64,000 bases of DNA from NCBI RefSeq assembly GCF_006345805.1, contig NC_042997.1, forward strand, positions 4,464,001 through 4,528,000, written 5' to 3'. Positions within the stretch are counted from its first letter, which is position 1. Each line of letters begins with the position of its first letter. Below the pieces are notes generated by a model. The model saw only the letters and a list, made by a program, of their open reading frames with translations. It was not told the origin of the DNA and did not search any database. Positions 51,381-64,000 of the stretch are shown one piece after another. Origin of the DNA: Octopus sinensis (lineage: Eukaryota). The position numbers were made by a program, and so were the translations under genes.

Positions 51381-51849
51381 TATTTGTTGCCCGGCAGATA
51401 ATTAGCGATCAGCTTTTGAAGCTTCATTAACATTTCAGCAATTCATCAACAAAAGCAATTCGGGAACTAAAATTACAATATATAACACAGAACAACAATA
51501 TCTGAGTCGAAAAGAAATCTTACATAGGAAACTAATTCAGAAGTACCTGTGACAAAATTCTGAGATAAATAACATAGAAACGCCATTGCCTTAACGCAAT
51601 AGTTTGTTTTATACATTTGACTGCAACCTATAAAAAAATTGTGAATTGTATTAAAATATATCCTCAAGAGATAGGTAATGTTCTTATTATCATCGTTAAA
51701 CCTGAAAGTCTAAAGAGCTGTAGTAAAATTTATCTCAAATACATATTGCACGTATTTCATATTATTTCAGAACTTTGTTATTAATCTGTTCAGGCAAATA
51801 TCATATTCGCTATTTAGATTCTTTTATAATTCCCCTTCTACACACACAC

Positions 51850-51929
<80 letters not shown>

Positions 51930-52847
51930 TATATATATATATATATTTGTATGTGTGTGTGTATGTCCATATGTATATATGTACGAGTGTGCGTGTTTTT
52001 TGTGTATGTGTGTATGTGTGTACAAGTCCCGAAGATATCATAAACATAGACATATTAGAGCACCAATTAGAATTGGAATGCGACATAAAAATATAAACTA
52101 TTCGTTAAAGTCGTAAGTCGAATCATATAACGAGATAAAAGCATTTCTATTGCAACTAATCCAACATAATCTCAGACAGAAACGCTATAGAGATTCATTG
52201 TCGAGAATTAAGAAATTTTATAAGCTTTCTTAACTACATGTTATAAACCCCTCAGGTAGTGTCGTCCAATAGGTTTATCAATGTTGGCGATTATATAAAA
52301 TTTATGAAACACGGAAATGTTAGCTATAGACAGTTAATATAATTTACACTTTATCAATTAATCCTCCATCGTCAATGGTTCAACCTGTTGCTATTCCTTA
52401 AAATCAGTATCAACAGTAAAAATTACAAGACATTTTCGTCAACACAAAACGTTATTTCAAATATGCAGTATTTCACGTAGTACGTAGTCGATAACCTGAT
52501 AAATCACATATCAAAAGCGAAAGGTAGATTTCCCCAGTTTGATGAAATTCAACATTGATATTACATCCCTGACAATTATGCAAAATGTCTGTCATACAAA
52601 AGAAGAAAAATCATGATTCATTTAAGTGTTTAGATATAGGTGCCCTAATAGATTTATAAGCATTAGACTAACTATTGGGAACATTTCAACAGCAATAGAT
52701 TTTAAATTTAGAATTTCTCACAAACGAACAATATTTCATTATATAAAACAATGTATACATAACAACTAGACACAGAGAAAATGCTACTGTCATACATATA
52801 GAGACACACACAACACGAATACTCTGGTATATGTATATTTGACAATG

Positions 52848-53241
52848 CGATATAGTGTATATTTAAATACATAGAGAATCCACTTATAGGGATTCTACGC
52901 GCTAGAAAGAACAGCTAAGTTCTATAACCACCAAAACTTGGAGATAGGATTCGACACGAATAAATTTGGAAATTAAAAACATTTACCATCTAGATCCCTG
53001 GACCAATTGGTTTCTAATCTTCTTTTAGCGAGTTATAGAGAGCTCACGAGGTCAGATTTTTGTCAGCAGGAACCAACCTATCTACACGAGACAAAATAAA
53101 CGGTAAATGGTTTTAATTTCCAAATTCATTCCCGTCGAATCTTATCCCCAAGTTTTGGTGGTTATAGAACTTAGCTGTTCTTTCTAGCGCGTAGAATCCC
53201 TATAAGTGGATTCTCTATATATTTAGATATACACTATATCG
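52848..53241. mobile_element. Fold-back MITE: 140-bp inverted arms (>90% identical) with 114-bp spacer
   Basis: 52848-52987 is the reverse complement of 53102-53241. Confidence 0.9.
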
Positions 53242-53392
53242 TATGACTAATATATAGTGTTTTTTACTATTTATTTTTTACGCGTTGGACCACTGGTAAT
53301 GTAATTTTTGATTGAATGTTTTTAACTTTAATTAAATTCCATTTCCCTTTGATGATATGATTGATTACTGTATATTTGACTATATATATATT

Positions 53393-53790
53393 TACGAGCG
53401 GAAGTCAAAATTTATCCGCATTTTCGCCGCAGCTTATCTCTATTATTATCGCACTGCCCTCTGCGCGGGCATGCTTATCGTTGATACTATTGTGGTCACG
53501 TGAAAGAAAATTAAGCCTGATCCCGCCATTTATCTTTCTGGGTTTACACTGTAAGCATGGCCGCTCCACTAGTAATGTGCACCAAAGAAGAACAAACAGT
53601 GATTCTATTTCTCTGGTCGAAAGTTGTGTCAGGTGCTGTAATTCATCGGATGCTTTTAGCACAATACATGGACAGTGCATCGCCGCGTAGAAGTGTATGT
53701 GATTTGATTGAGTAGTTTAAATTGGCCAGACAAGTGTGATGCTCGAAGTGGGAGCGGGGCACCTGCCAAACTTTGTCACTGACGAGAGAT
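53393..53790 (+). mobile_element. 5' fragment of a second mariner family
   Basis: TA|CGAGCGGAAGTCAAA terminus; ATG at ~53547 gives MAAPLVMCTKEEQ.VILFLWS..VSGAVIHRMLLAQY (mariner N-terminal HTH). Confidence 0.75.
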
Positions 53791-53799
53791 GATAGTGGT

Positions 53800-53960
53800 G
53801 AACTGGTTTGCCATGGCTACAAAGAAGGTCCAGCGTTCTTCCGTGAATTCTGTTTTCTGCTGGAAATATAAGCAGTCAAAATACTTTCGAGCCAACGTCC
53901 TTCGACAGAAAGTGTTGAGGTGAAAACATAGAGAGAGAAAGAAAAAGGGGAAAAGAAACA
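53800..53960 (-). mobile_element. Hammerhead-bearing repeat, copy 3 (partial)
   Basis: Minus strand 53911-53885: TTT-CTGTCGA-A-GGAC-GTTG-GCTC-GAAA; stem III region has diverged. Confidence 0.45.
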
Positions 53961-55914
53961 TATAGGGATTCAATATGATGAAATGACCGGAAAATGTGGC
54001 TTAGTGGAAGGGAGATAATAATAGTGACCCAGCTGTACTAGGGTGCGTAAGTGCGTATGCCACTGTAAGGAAGGTATGTCGGAGGCTGTATGTGTGGGCG
54101 AGATTAAATTATATGGTCCTGTGTGTGCGTATAGGGGCGTGTGTGTGTATGTGCTTAAGCAATCTTGTGCTTGCATTGTGTGGTCGGATATATATTTTGT
54201 GTATTTGTGAGTGTGCTTGTGGACATGTGTATATATATGAGGGGCTTTGTTTATTATGCATGCAAAGCTATAGTCTGCATGTGTGTGTATGTGTGTGTAT
54301 TTGTGAGTGTGCCTGTGTGCATGCGTGCAAACGCGGATGTTTAGCAGTCAATATGTTCTTGTTCGAATGGTGTGTACACTTGCTAGGTTTAGTGCTTGAA
54401 ATGTGTGAATTTGTGTGTGTGTGTACCTATACGGTGCGTGTGTATTGTGTATGCTTATGTGCAAAGTATGTATGTATGTACGTACGTACGCATGCATATT
54501 TACACTTCACTGAGAAAACTTTAGACCTTCACAATTATTTCTGAAATCAGACGCACATTTCCTCAATTAGTTAACATTTTGATTGTCAATTTTAATTATA
54601 AATCTTATTTTATCAGATCTACAAAATTGTTGCATCTGTTGTTGCGTCATCTTATGTTTGGATATACACCACTTTCTACGGAGCTGTACTAGACTTAGTT
54701 CAAGCCCAAAATAGAAATTAAAAATTCATTGTGCGAGATTTAGAGAATACAACGTGTTGTATATATATATAGCATTCTTTTCAATATAGTTTCAAGTTCC
54801 AAACGTAAAAGTGACAGACAACGTCTGCGCTCACTCAGAGAAGTTTTCATAAGAAACGGGATGGATGCCAGCATTAATATAGTTTTTGTATTAAAAGAGG
54901 AAAAACATCAAAGTATAGGGTCGATCTAAGAAAGTTTTCAACAATTAATATTTAGGAAATTAGTAAAAGTTTTTGCACATGGAGAACTAAAACTAATATA
55001 ATCTCTTCTAAACAAATCTTAGTTCACACATGAGACAATGTCTGAAAGATACAAAAGAAAATAAGAAATGATTATGATAGGTTGAAACAAAATAGTGCAA
55101 CATAATTTGCACATATACATCAAAGATTGTTTTAGTCATTGCTTTTTCTGCTGTTCATATGACAGTTGTAGTTGTAAATTGGATTTGATGGCATGCTTAA
55201 TCTGTTGGTGAACTTGCTCACTGATATTTCCAAACATTTGAGATTTTTGGATCAAATCCAGCGATTCGCATATTCCACATGTTATTTTTCTCGACCATTT
55301 AACTGTATGTTATTTGAATGTTTTAAAGTAGAAAAATGTCTTTCTCATATCGAAGGATACGGAAGATGTTATTTCTGTTTTACTTGACCTAATTAAATAT
55401 TTTGCATATCGAGTTGCGGGCATAATTATGTTTGCAGCAGATTTGATGTTGGCTGAAACGGAAAATATGACATTCTTTTAAACCGTATCTTTCAACAGAC
55501 TGAACATTATGAGTTAGGTTATTTTGCCATAATATAAAAGTTATGTTCCATGCATTCCTCGAAAATCCCCAAACAAAAACAAAAAAATGTATATGAGTAG
55601 CATTTCTCTATAGTAGCTATAACCTGCAACACAGTTGACGATTCCATTTCATTCCGCTGAGTTAGATTCCATTATTATTATTTCTACCAAGTTCTAATAT
55701 AGTTGCTTTTCTCGCCCTCTCCCAGTGAAGATGTAAGCTGCCGTATCGGTTGCAGCTGCATGACATTGCATTCTGAGTAGTATCATTACTGATTCTTAGG
55801 ATACATGAGTAGTGACCACAATTCGTGTTTTTTCTAAGACAGCTAGTTAGATAAACCCTATACTTTGTTCTACACTGTACTTCTTAAAAGCGTTTCTAGA
55901 TGTCGTTTTACATT

Positions 55915-55975
55915 CTTTTATTATTTTACTTGCTTCAGTCATTTTATTGCAGCCATGCGGGAGCATTGTGTAGGG
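55915..55975 (-). mobile_element. Isolated SINE S1-type 3' tail
   Basis: Minus strand TGCTCCCGCATGGCTGCA...ATGACTGAAGCAAGTAAAA. Confidence 0.5.
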
Positions 55976-57816
55976 ATTAATTATTTTCCTCTAGTAAGGC
56001 ACTTATGAGGAATTGTTCGACTCTACAGTTCATCTTTTCTGATGCTGATATTAATAAAAAACGCTTTAATGTTAGCGTTCCTATACATTTGATATGAATG
56101 TGTATAAATTTGCTTATCTTTACACATTTGTAGTTGTTATTGTTGTTTTCTTCGTTATATATATTTTTTGCCTTGATAATAATACGCTTGATTTTCTTGT
56201 GTTGATTCCGTTGTAAATATTGTTATTTTTGTCATTATTGCTTCTACTGTCTTATCGATACTGGTGTTGGTGGTAGTTTTGCCGGTAAATTTGTTACTTG
56301 CCCTGCTTCTACATTTTTAGCTACCTTGCAAAAAAGTGTCACAATAATAGTTATTTTAATACTGCTTACTTGCATAATACTCCAATGGTTTCCAGTGTCT
56401 GCTGGCTCACTATACATGAGACAAAAATGCAAATCTTCTTCATACTGTACCTTTTGTCTTTCAATACTTTTGTACCATAATAGTTTCAAACAAACATGGA
56501 AAACATTCGATTAATTAATCACTTAATCGCTGAGTGCAAAAATGACAGTAATTTTAAACGGGGTATACAATCAGTGCGTTAGAAACCCTTTCTACGCCAA
56601 ATGAGAGAACTACTTGCATAACTTTTATAATAGACATGAATCCAATTATGTCAACAAGCAAAATAATTTTAAGTGATGACAAGGGTACATATATCGAAAA
56701 CCACTCCCCGGAATTTCCATTTTGTATTCCAGGTTTGATGCCGACAGCAGCAGCAGCAACATCATCACGAGCAACGAAGATGACGAAGATTATGAAGATG
56801 ATAATGGTGATGATGATATCACCTTATTTATAACGACTAGATGTGAGAGCAAATGTTAAATATTGTACAAGACTAAACAGTGTAACAGTGCATAAGAATT
56901 GTTTAAAAAGAGTATCTCATAGACATTGAACACGTCTGTATATCAACAACCAGAGAATCACTAGCCCTCTACAAATGATGTGCCTGCTAATACATGCAGA
57001 CCTTCGAAGAAAGTTGAATTTGAGGTGACTCAGGCTTATCTTATGCGAACTGTCGCATGGCACGAAGGCTAGGCTATAAACGATGACGAAGCGGTCTAAA
57101 CATTCGCAACCACAAGACTTTAAGGGATAGTTTCTTCTCCGTTATTTCCTGGCAAGATTGATCACTCTGTTCATCAACTTCTTACCGGTTCTCCTCTAGG
57201 AATTACGTTCCAAAGTATATCACTCTCCGCTATTATTGCTCGTAGAAGGCATTGCAGTGTTCTGCGTTCTTTACCGCCAATCCTTCTACGTTTCCATACC
57301 ACCTGCAGTTTATTATCCCCTGAGACTCTTTGATGTCGGAGATTGTAGCCAGTGTTTTAGGTTTAAATTGAATCGTGGTCTCACGTCCTATTCCAATATA
57401 GGCTTCATTTCGAAATTTGATATTTCTAGAATGTGTCATGGAAAGCAACATTACAATACATTTCATCACCCAACACTAGACTCGTTCAGGTGTTATTTTC
57501 GTAATATTTTTTTTACTGATCTCTCACATTGTCTTGTTTTTCAATAAAATTGTTTTAGAATTTTGTACCGTGGTGTGAACCATAGGAGGTTCTAAACACT
57601 CCATCACCTCCCAGGTTGAAAACAATAAAATTCACAAATATAACCCTCTGAAAAGAAAACAAGTCCCACAGTTACGGAGCATCTATAACACGTTCAGCAG
57701 AAGTGAACAACAACAATACAAAAAGATTAAAATTAATAGTGATTATCATGTGAATGAAGATGATGATGATGAGAACGCTGCTGTTGTTGATGATAATGAT
57801 GATGAAGATGATGATA

Positions 57817-57848
<32 letters not shown>

Positions 57849-58330
57849 AAATAGTAGGAGGTGGGAGGAAGTGGAGGATAATATAACTAGACTGTAACAT
57901 CTGAAACAATAATTCATCGAACGTTGTTTTATACATTTTCCCATTCATCAATCACTTTTAAATTTCAAATTTTGAATCGAGCCAAAATAAATCATTTTAA
58001 ACAAACTTTGAAAATATTACACAAAATAAAATTTAATAAAATTATTTGCCCGGATTTCATAAATCATATTTTAATTTGCTTGTATCAATTGATGTTAAAC
58101 TTGCAATTTTAAAAGTAATAACAAAAGCAACAAATATATCAGAATAATCATGAAAATAATAGTGGTAATGATAGTAATGGTTTCTAGGCAGCAGGCCTCA
58201 CAACTTTGGTGAGGGTAAATTCGATAAGAAGGAAGTCTTCGAGGCCAAGACAAGGTCACAAATCTCGAAACAAATATCGATTTTTATACATCTACAACCT
58301 ATGTATTTTACTTGTGACTATTGTATAAAT

Positions 58331-58495
58331 AACTACGCTAGCAAACCGGGCAAAATGGCTAGTAGCTTTCCGACTGTTTCTGAGTTCGAATGTCATCGGA
58401 GTCAGTTGTACCTTTCAACACATCGGGGTTTCACTTGGGTCGAATATATCGTCTTACTCCCTCCCGTGATGTTGCAAATCTAGCACCAACATTTT
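58331..58495 (+). mobile_element. SINE family S2, degenerate
   Basis: CGCTAGCAAACCGGGCAAAATGGCTAG...TTCTGAGTTCGAAT...CCTTTCA...CGGGGT. Confidence 0.55.
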
Positions 58496-58610
58496 TAATC
58501 AATACTATATAAATATTTTCAAGTGGAGTTCAAAAAAGGGAGCGTAAGGATAGGAAGCCTAAGGTTAAAATCTATTCTTCACTATATTTATTTTCATAGC
58601 GTACAAAATG

Positions 58611-58656
<46 letters not shown>

Positions 58657-59849
58657 TTACTACTACTACTACTAATGATAATAAAAATAATGATATTTTC
58701 TGCTACAGGCACAAGGTGTGAAACTTTCTGAGAGAAGATAGTCGACTGCATCGACACATGTATTTCACTTGTATATATTTCATCGATCCATGAAAGATGG
58801 GATGTGCAGTCGACCTAGGCGAACGGACTAAATGCACAGAAATATTGTGCTAACGAACATCACAATTCGCCACCGTTATAAGTTTTCAAATGTGCTTGCC
58901 TTGTGGAGTGTATTCCAGAACGGTAGTGCCCATCAGTCGTATTGTCATGCGACGTATGATAATGTAGTGAGCTATCACCTTTCAAATTTCTGTTGTTTTA
59001 TCGGATATCCGAAATTTCCTTCCAATGCTGGGTCTAATGTCGAGATAGGGTATGAAATCTACCCTTTCTATACGGAGTAGCTCGACTCCCCAAAATTTGC
59101 GAAAATCGCTTCCTAAAAGCTAACTCAAATATCCTTAGGATCGAGGAAGACATGCTCATTACGATCAGCTCATGTCGAATTGTAACTTTATTCCCATGTG
59201 GTGCCTCTGCCATCTGGGCCCATTAGATGGCTTTCTTCTACTTGCCTTACATCATGTACTTTATTTTTGAGAAGGCAATATTTACGCAAAATATTTCATG
59301 TGCAACACTTCAACATTCATATCTAAGTTTTCCAGTGTTTTATTTGTTTGTATCACGATTTCTTTTCTAAATCTTTATGAACGCGCTTCGCAATGTTAAT
59401 TGCTATTTACTGTTGACGTTGTCACAAACAAATCTCCCTTGAATAATTCGATAATTTGTTCTCCGCGATCATGTTACACAAAAAAATACGTGTTCAGCTT
59501 CCTGTTACGAGATAGATACATAGGTTTCCTATGCTATCCAGCTGTATAGGTCCATATAGCCGATCCCTTTAAATTGTGGGCAGCCTCCTCTAAACCTGTC
59601 TGATAACCTATAGAATATTCTCCCTTGTGCACGATCTTGATGAGCTGTTATGTCTTGTCCATACATTATTGTCAAGGTATATCTCAGCTGAAAAACGGTC
59701 AGTAAAATTGAGGAAGTTTATACATTCATCTTTTGTTGTCGAATAGACTCGTAAATGAACACAAGACCATCGAGTATTCCGCTAGTCTTAATGGATGTTC
59801 ACGAGATTATACGTCTACTAGATTTTACATACGCTATTCACTGCTGCTT

Positions 59850-60320
59850 ACGTCAAACAACACCGAGTGTATCCAGGATGTTAGGCTAACCTATGGGATT
59901 CAAACCTTTTCAGAACAGCAAAATGCGTCCTATTCCTGATACAGGTCGGCGTGGTAACCCTTGAAAGATAGTACGATTGCTCGTGCTGACAAAACTCTAG
60001 CCTCGTTGAAGTCTTCAAAATCTCTATTAAAAAATCTGAAACTGAGCAGGATGCCTTGCTTTAGAGTTGACCAAGGTTCGTGCATTCTCGCTGCCAGTGT
60101 TATTTTTGATATCGATACTGCTGATAGGATTGTTGGAGATCTGAGAAAATAACCTGCGTATGTTTCTGTCACTTTGCTGTCGAATGAAATCAATGATATG
60201 ATTGACAATTGTTGACGTCGAGAGTGTAGACCATATTTCTACCATGAATATGTGTGGTCTTTTCTGAAATTAGGGAACTATATTTCCGTTAATGCCATTG
60301 ATGATTTGGTGGCTATTTAG
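59850..60320 (-). mobile_element. Ancient L1/Tx1-like RT remnant
   Basis: Minus-strand reading IVPLISEKTTHIHGRNM...IFSDLQQSY...NLGQ...QGLPRRPVSGI weakly parallels FIxGR / LDxxKAFD / GVRQGCPLSG in order and spacing. Confidence 0.4.
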
Positions 60321-61544
60321 CACTTACCTGTCTTGAAGAAACAAAGCGTTCCTTAAAATGCTTCTACTCCCTGCATAGTCTTTCTTCTACCTGAAATTTA
60401 GCTATAAGGTTCGATATTATTCAAACAAACCATCATATGTTAGACTTCACACCTAAGCACACTAGGTTGAATAAACCACATAAATGTAGTTTTTGTTTCT
60501 TTATCAATAAATCTGATGTTTAAAACCATTAACATATGTACTAGATTTATCACAAATACCATCCAGCTGAGACCACCGTTATCTTTTGCTTCAGACAGCA
60601 ATTGAGAGTTTCTATTTTCCAAAATGTCTCAGTTCTGTCTTATCTGAATGCTCTGCTGTATTTAGCAACATATGATAACGAGAGGGAGATAAAGAGATAT
60701 ACATTAGCAGATATTCCCAACTCTACCTATCAATATCTTTTTTATCGATCCCTCATATGATAATCCATTCTCTATCTTCATTCACTGTCCAATAAATTTC
60801 TCACTCGTAGTCAAAACTCTTTTGTCTTCTCTCTAACTTAGATTATTGGATTCTCTGGAAAGAATGAACGTTAAGACGAATTGATTTCATTTTCTTTTAT
60901 TTAAATTTATAATCAGTGCTGTTTAATAAATAAAATTAAATGATCAAAATCATATCTGTGAGACTGTGTATGCATATAATAGTGACTTCGTAGACGCTAA
61001 AATTGTTATTTGTAAATAACGATGCAAGAGAAGAAACAAAATACACACACATATGCACATTTTATGCTCTCACGCACACACATATAGACACGAGGTATGT
61101 ACAGTTCTTTATAAGGATTTACGTTAGCAGGTGATTTGGTTTACGTTATATAGGATAATAAAATGGATATAATAACATTGAGAAGCTCGTAGTTTTATCT
61201 GGTATGTCTTTAATTAATTAGAAGCCAAAGAAAGATGAAGGGAGATGAAGGTAGCATTTACGATCGTTTCAAATCACTTGTTTAAGTAAATCTCTTCAGA
61301 ATGTTAATATAGATAGATGGTTCGGTTATGATTTGAAAATAATTGATACACATGAAACGGTAATGTAAACAAAACTGGTAATTTTTACATTAAATTTTGT
61401 TCTTGCACTGGTAAATTCTCTGGGTAGAGGTTTGCTTTTGGTAGATTGAGTATTTTCGTTTAGGTATTAGGGCAGGATGAGTATTAGTTAGGTGCGGGTA
61501 CATACATTTGTGAACTGAAGGGTAGAAAAATAGATTTTAGCTTA

Positions 61545-61680
61545 AACTGGCGTATTCTCACAAAAATATCCTCCTACAACACCGCAAATAGACGCTGTGA
61601 CCGCTGCCTATCAGAACGCCTAGCTATACTTACGGTTAAGGAAACCGTTCTCAACATAAAATGTGTGAACTTTTTTGTCT
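61545..61680 (+). mobile_element. Penelope-like GIY-YIG C-terminal remnant
   Basis: WRILTKISSYNTANRRCDRCLSERLAILT...VLN. Confidence 0.65.
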
Positions 61681-62441
61681 TTACGTGGGCCCTTACGCAT
61701 TTTAGAAATACCTGTAGAATAACACCTCTTGTCTCCATGCATGCATTCATTATCCCAAACTAGAATAACATATTTATGAATCCAATTAACCGGTAAACAT
61801 TAAACACTTAAAAATAGTCGCGCAGCAAGCCCACTCGCCCCCATCATTCCATAATAATACTCTTTGCAAATGCAAAGGGCCCCTCCTAGCCCTAAGAACG
61901 TCCTAAACTCTAGCAATAAGACAATTATTAGCAATAACACATTATCTAACCACCCAAAATTTGGCATGTGTTAGCTCCCTTTTCACCCTGTTAGAATTCC
62001 TCCTTCACCTACACCGCCGGTGAAAACTAATCGTACAATTTAAAATTGAATACACACATGCAAAGAAAATGTGCTTAATTAAACTAGGAAACCCGCAATT
62101 AAATAATACTCACCCCACCCTATTTACTAGTTGAAGCCAATAAGAAATAATTATGAACTTTTCTTTTATTACATTTAACTTTTTAAAAATATATATATTG
62201 ATAATTATTTAATTTGAAATGTGAATAATTTTTTTCTTTGAAATTTCCAAAGTAATTTTTGTTTTCATCTTTCGTATTTGAGAGGTGGACAGGTAAATAT
62301 AAAACTATAATCAAATCGGGAATAAAAAAGGAAGAGGTAGGTTTTTTGAAATCCAGAGCTATTACAAAAAACTATGAGTAAGTTGAGGATCCCCACCGAT
62401 TCAATTACTCAGACTTGGTCGTTTGGAGCAGTCTAAATATT

Positions 62442-62646
62442 GGTTTTATATAGGGGTAGAAGACCAGCAATTTTGGTGTATGGCTAAGTTGATTACATTA
62501 ACTCAAGTATTCAATTGGTACATATTCTCGACTACGAAAGTCAAAGTCCACCTCGGCAAAATTTGAAATCAGAACACTATGACGACGAAAATTTGGTAGG
62601 CATTTTGCCCAACTTGCTAAGGATTCTGCCACACCAACGTTCTCAT
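62442..62646 (-). mobile_element. SINE family S2 with 15-bp target-site duplication
   Basis: AGCAGTCTAAATATT at 62427-62441 and 62647-62661 flanks the reverse-complement S2 sequence. Confidence 0.8.
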
Positions 62647-63308
62647 AGCAGTCTAAATATTAAACATTGCTGCATTTCCGGATACTTATTTATTATAGCA
62701 ATTCCGTACATGACCGCAAGTCCCCGGGTTATTTCATATTCTGTTTATAATCTAGAAGTTATATCCTTTCACACTCTTATCATTGCAAACATCTGCTCAT
62801 ATATTTGTTTCATACTTTTGTTGCAATTTACGCTCCTTTTATATCGAAAATAGATTTACTTCGTATAAGAAAAGGAGTAGTAAAGTAAATTAATACTGTC
62901 ACGGGATTTTCAACAAATAAAATATATACATATTATCTAATATATAATCTAAATATAACGAGATAATTTCTAATTTACTTTAAATTGGGGATATGATACA
63001 CGGTATATTTTGTGTTGAATGAAAAGCAATAAACAGAACATAATAAGTCAGAAATATCACGAAGTTTTTACTAAATATAATTTCCGAAAATTAACACAAT
63101 ATAGACCTATGTTCCGATCTCCTATATGGTTAATTTAAAGTTTTAAAATATTTTACAAGTATTCCACAGCTCCATTGTGTATGGTATTATAGAGTTTTTC
63201 TTTTCTGCATTGAAGAGTGTACACACATATACGTGCTCATACAAGAGAAAATATAGATATATAATATATATAAATATATATAGAGAGAAATACACGTGTA
63301 TATATATA

Positions 63309-64000
63309 AATCCTTAAATCCTTAAATCCTTAAAAATGTTCTTGCCCGAAGGCCGCGGCCATACTGGAGTACCACCGCTGAATGAGCTACACTAATATGT
63401 GAATCCACCTCTGATACGTGGCACTTGATCAAGAAGGGTGTTCGATGCTGCTGCCCGCATCTGCGTCTCCTGTCGTGAGATATGTTCATCTGGGACTCCC
63501 GACAAGAAGAGATCCAGTTTAGTTTTAAAGAAATCCACATCCACACCATGTAAGTCTCTCAGGCATTTAGGGTGGATGTTAAAGAGCTGTGGTCCTCTGA
63601 AACCCAAGCTGTTGCAGTATCTGGACCTGTATTTTGATGGTGATGTTGGAATCTTTGGAACCATGCAGTGGAACTCCGTTCTGCGGTTGTGGTAACTATG
63701 AATGCCAAAGTTTGGGACAAGACCCTCCAGGATTTTCCAGATGTATATCACCGCATATCTCTCCCGCCTCCGCTCTAGGGAGAAGAGGTTTAATAATTTC
63801 AGTTTTTCCCAGTAGCTGATACTTTGCATTGAGACGATCTTCTTTGCTTCGAGTTCTGCTGTTAGTTTTATATTGTGTGGTGGCCATAGTTGGGAGTAGT
63901 AGTCCAAGCGGCTGAGGACGAATGTTTTCCAGAGGACCATCAGTGTCTCCTTCTCTCTTGTTCTGAAAGTTCGGAGAATACATTCAGCTAGCTGTCTGCA
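63309..64000 (-). mobile_element. CR1-like LINE 3' end with (TTTAAGGA)n tail, continuing beyond the window
   Basis: ORF 63392-63940: LSRLDYYSQLW, LNLFSLERRRERY, GPQLFN, FKTKLD; 3' UTR GCGGTGGTACTCCAGTATGGCCGCGGCC. Confidence 0.9.

Noticed and set aside
56326-56514. Short ORF resembling a signal peptide plus Cys-containing peptide
   Set aside because: It starts at TTG rather than ATG, lies in T-rich low-complexity sequence, and has no recognisable homology or clear exon structure.
57130-57450. Very old CR1-like 3' end on the minus strand (ILWNVIP)
   Set aside because: A single short motif is insufficient support.
60325-60395. Minus-strand AG...CAG|GTAAGT 63-nt exon
   Set aside because: Stops occur in all frames and it lies beside a probable LINE fossil.

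Overview
AT-rich eukaryotic, repeat-dominated DNA. The SINE/LINE repertoire and dense (TA)n/(AAT)n microsatellites suggest an octopod cephalopod (inference; no database search was run). I found no host protein-coding gene, rRNA, tRNA gene or CRISPR array, and most ORF-track entries are microsatellite artefacts or broken transposon ORFs. The window holds two near-full-length, disabled R4/Dong-like RLE retrotransposons plus truncated copies stacked at (AAT)n tracts, and a 5'-truncated RTE LINE. It also holds several CR1-like and L1/Tx1-like fragments, Penelope-like elements (one with inverted terminal repeats), mariner and Tc1/Tc3 remnants, a probable non-autonomous Helitron, fold-back MITEs and at least three SINE families. 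The most notable observations are: (i) a three-copy repeat whose minus strand carries a hammerhead-ribozyme-like core with U instead of the conserved A6; (ii) a ~345-bp tandem array ending in a Ceph-domain/RTE-type tail; (iii) a ~545-bp Tc1-like element apparently built from two inverted right ends; (iv) a direct repeat whose hairpin loop is flipped between copies; (v) a 5'-inverted RTE insertion. Family assignments come from recalled motifs, not from searches.
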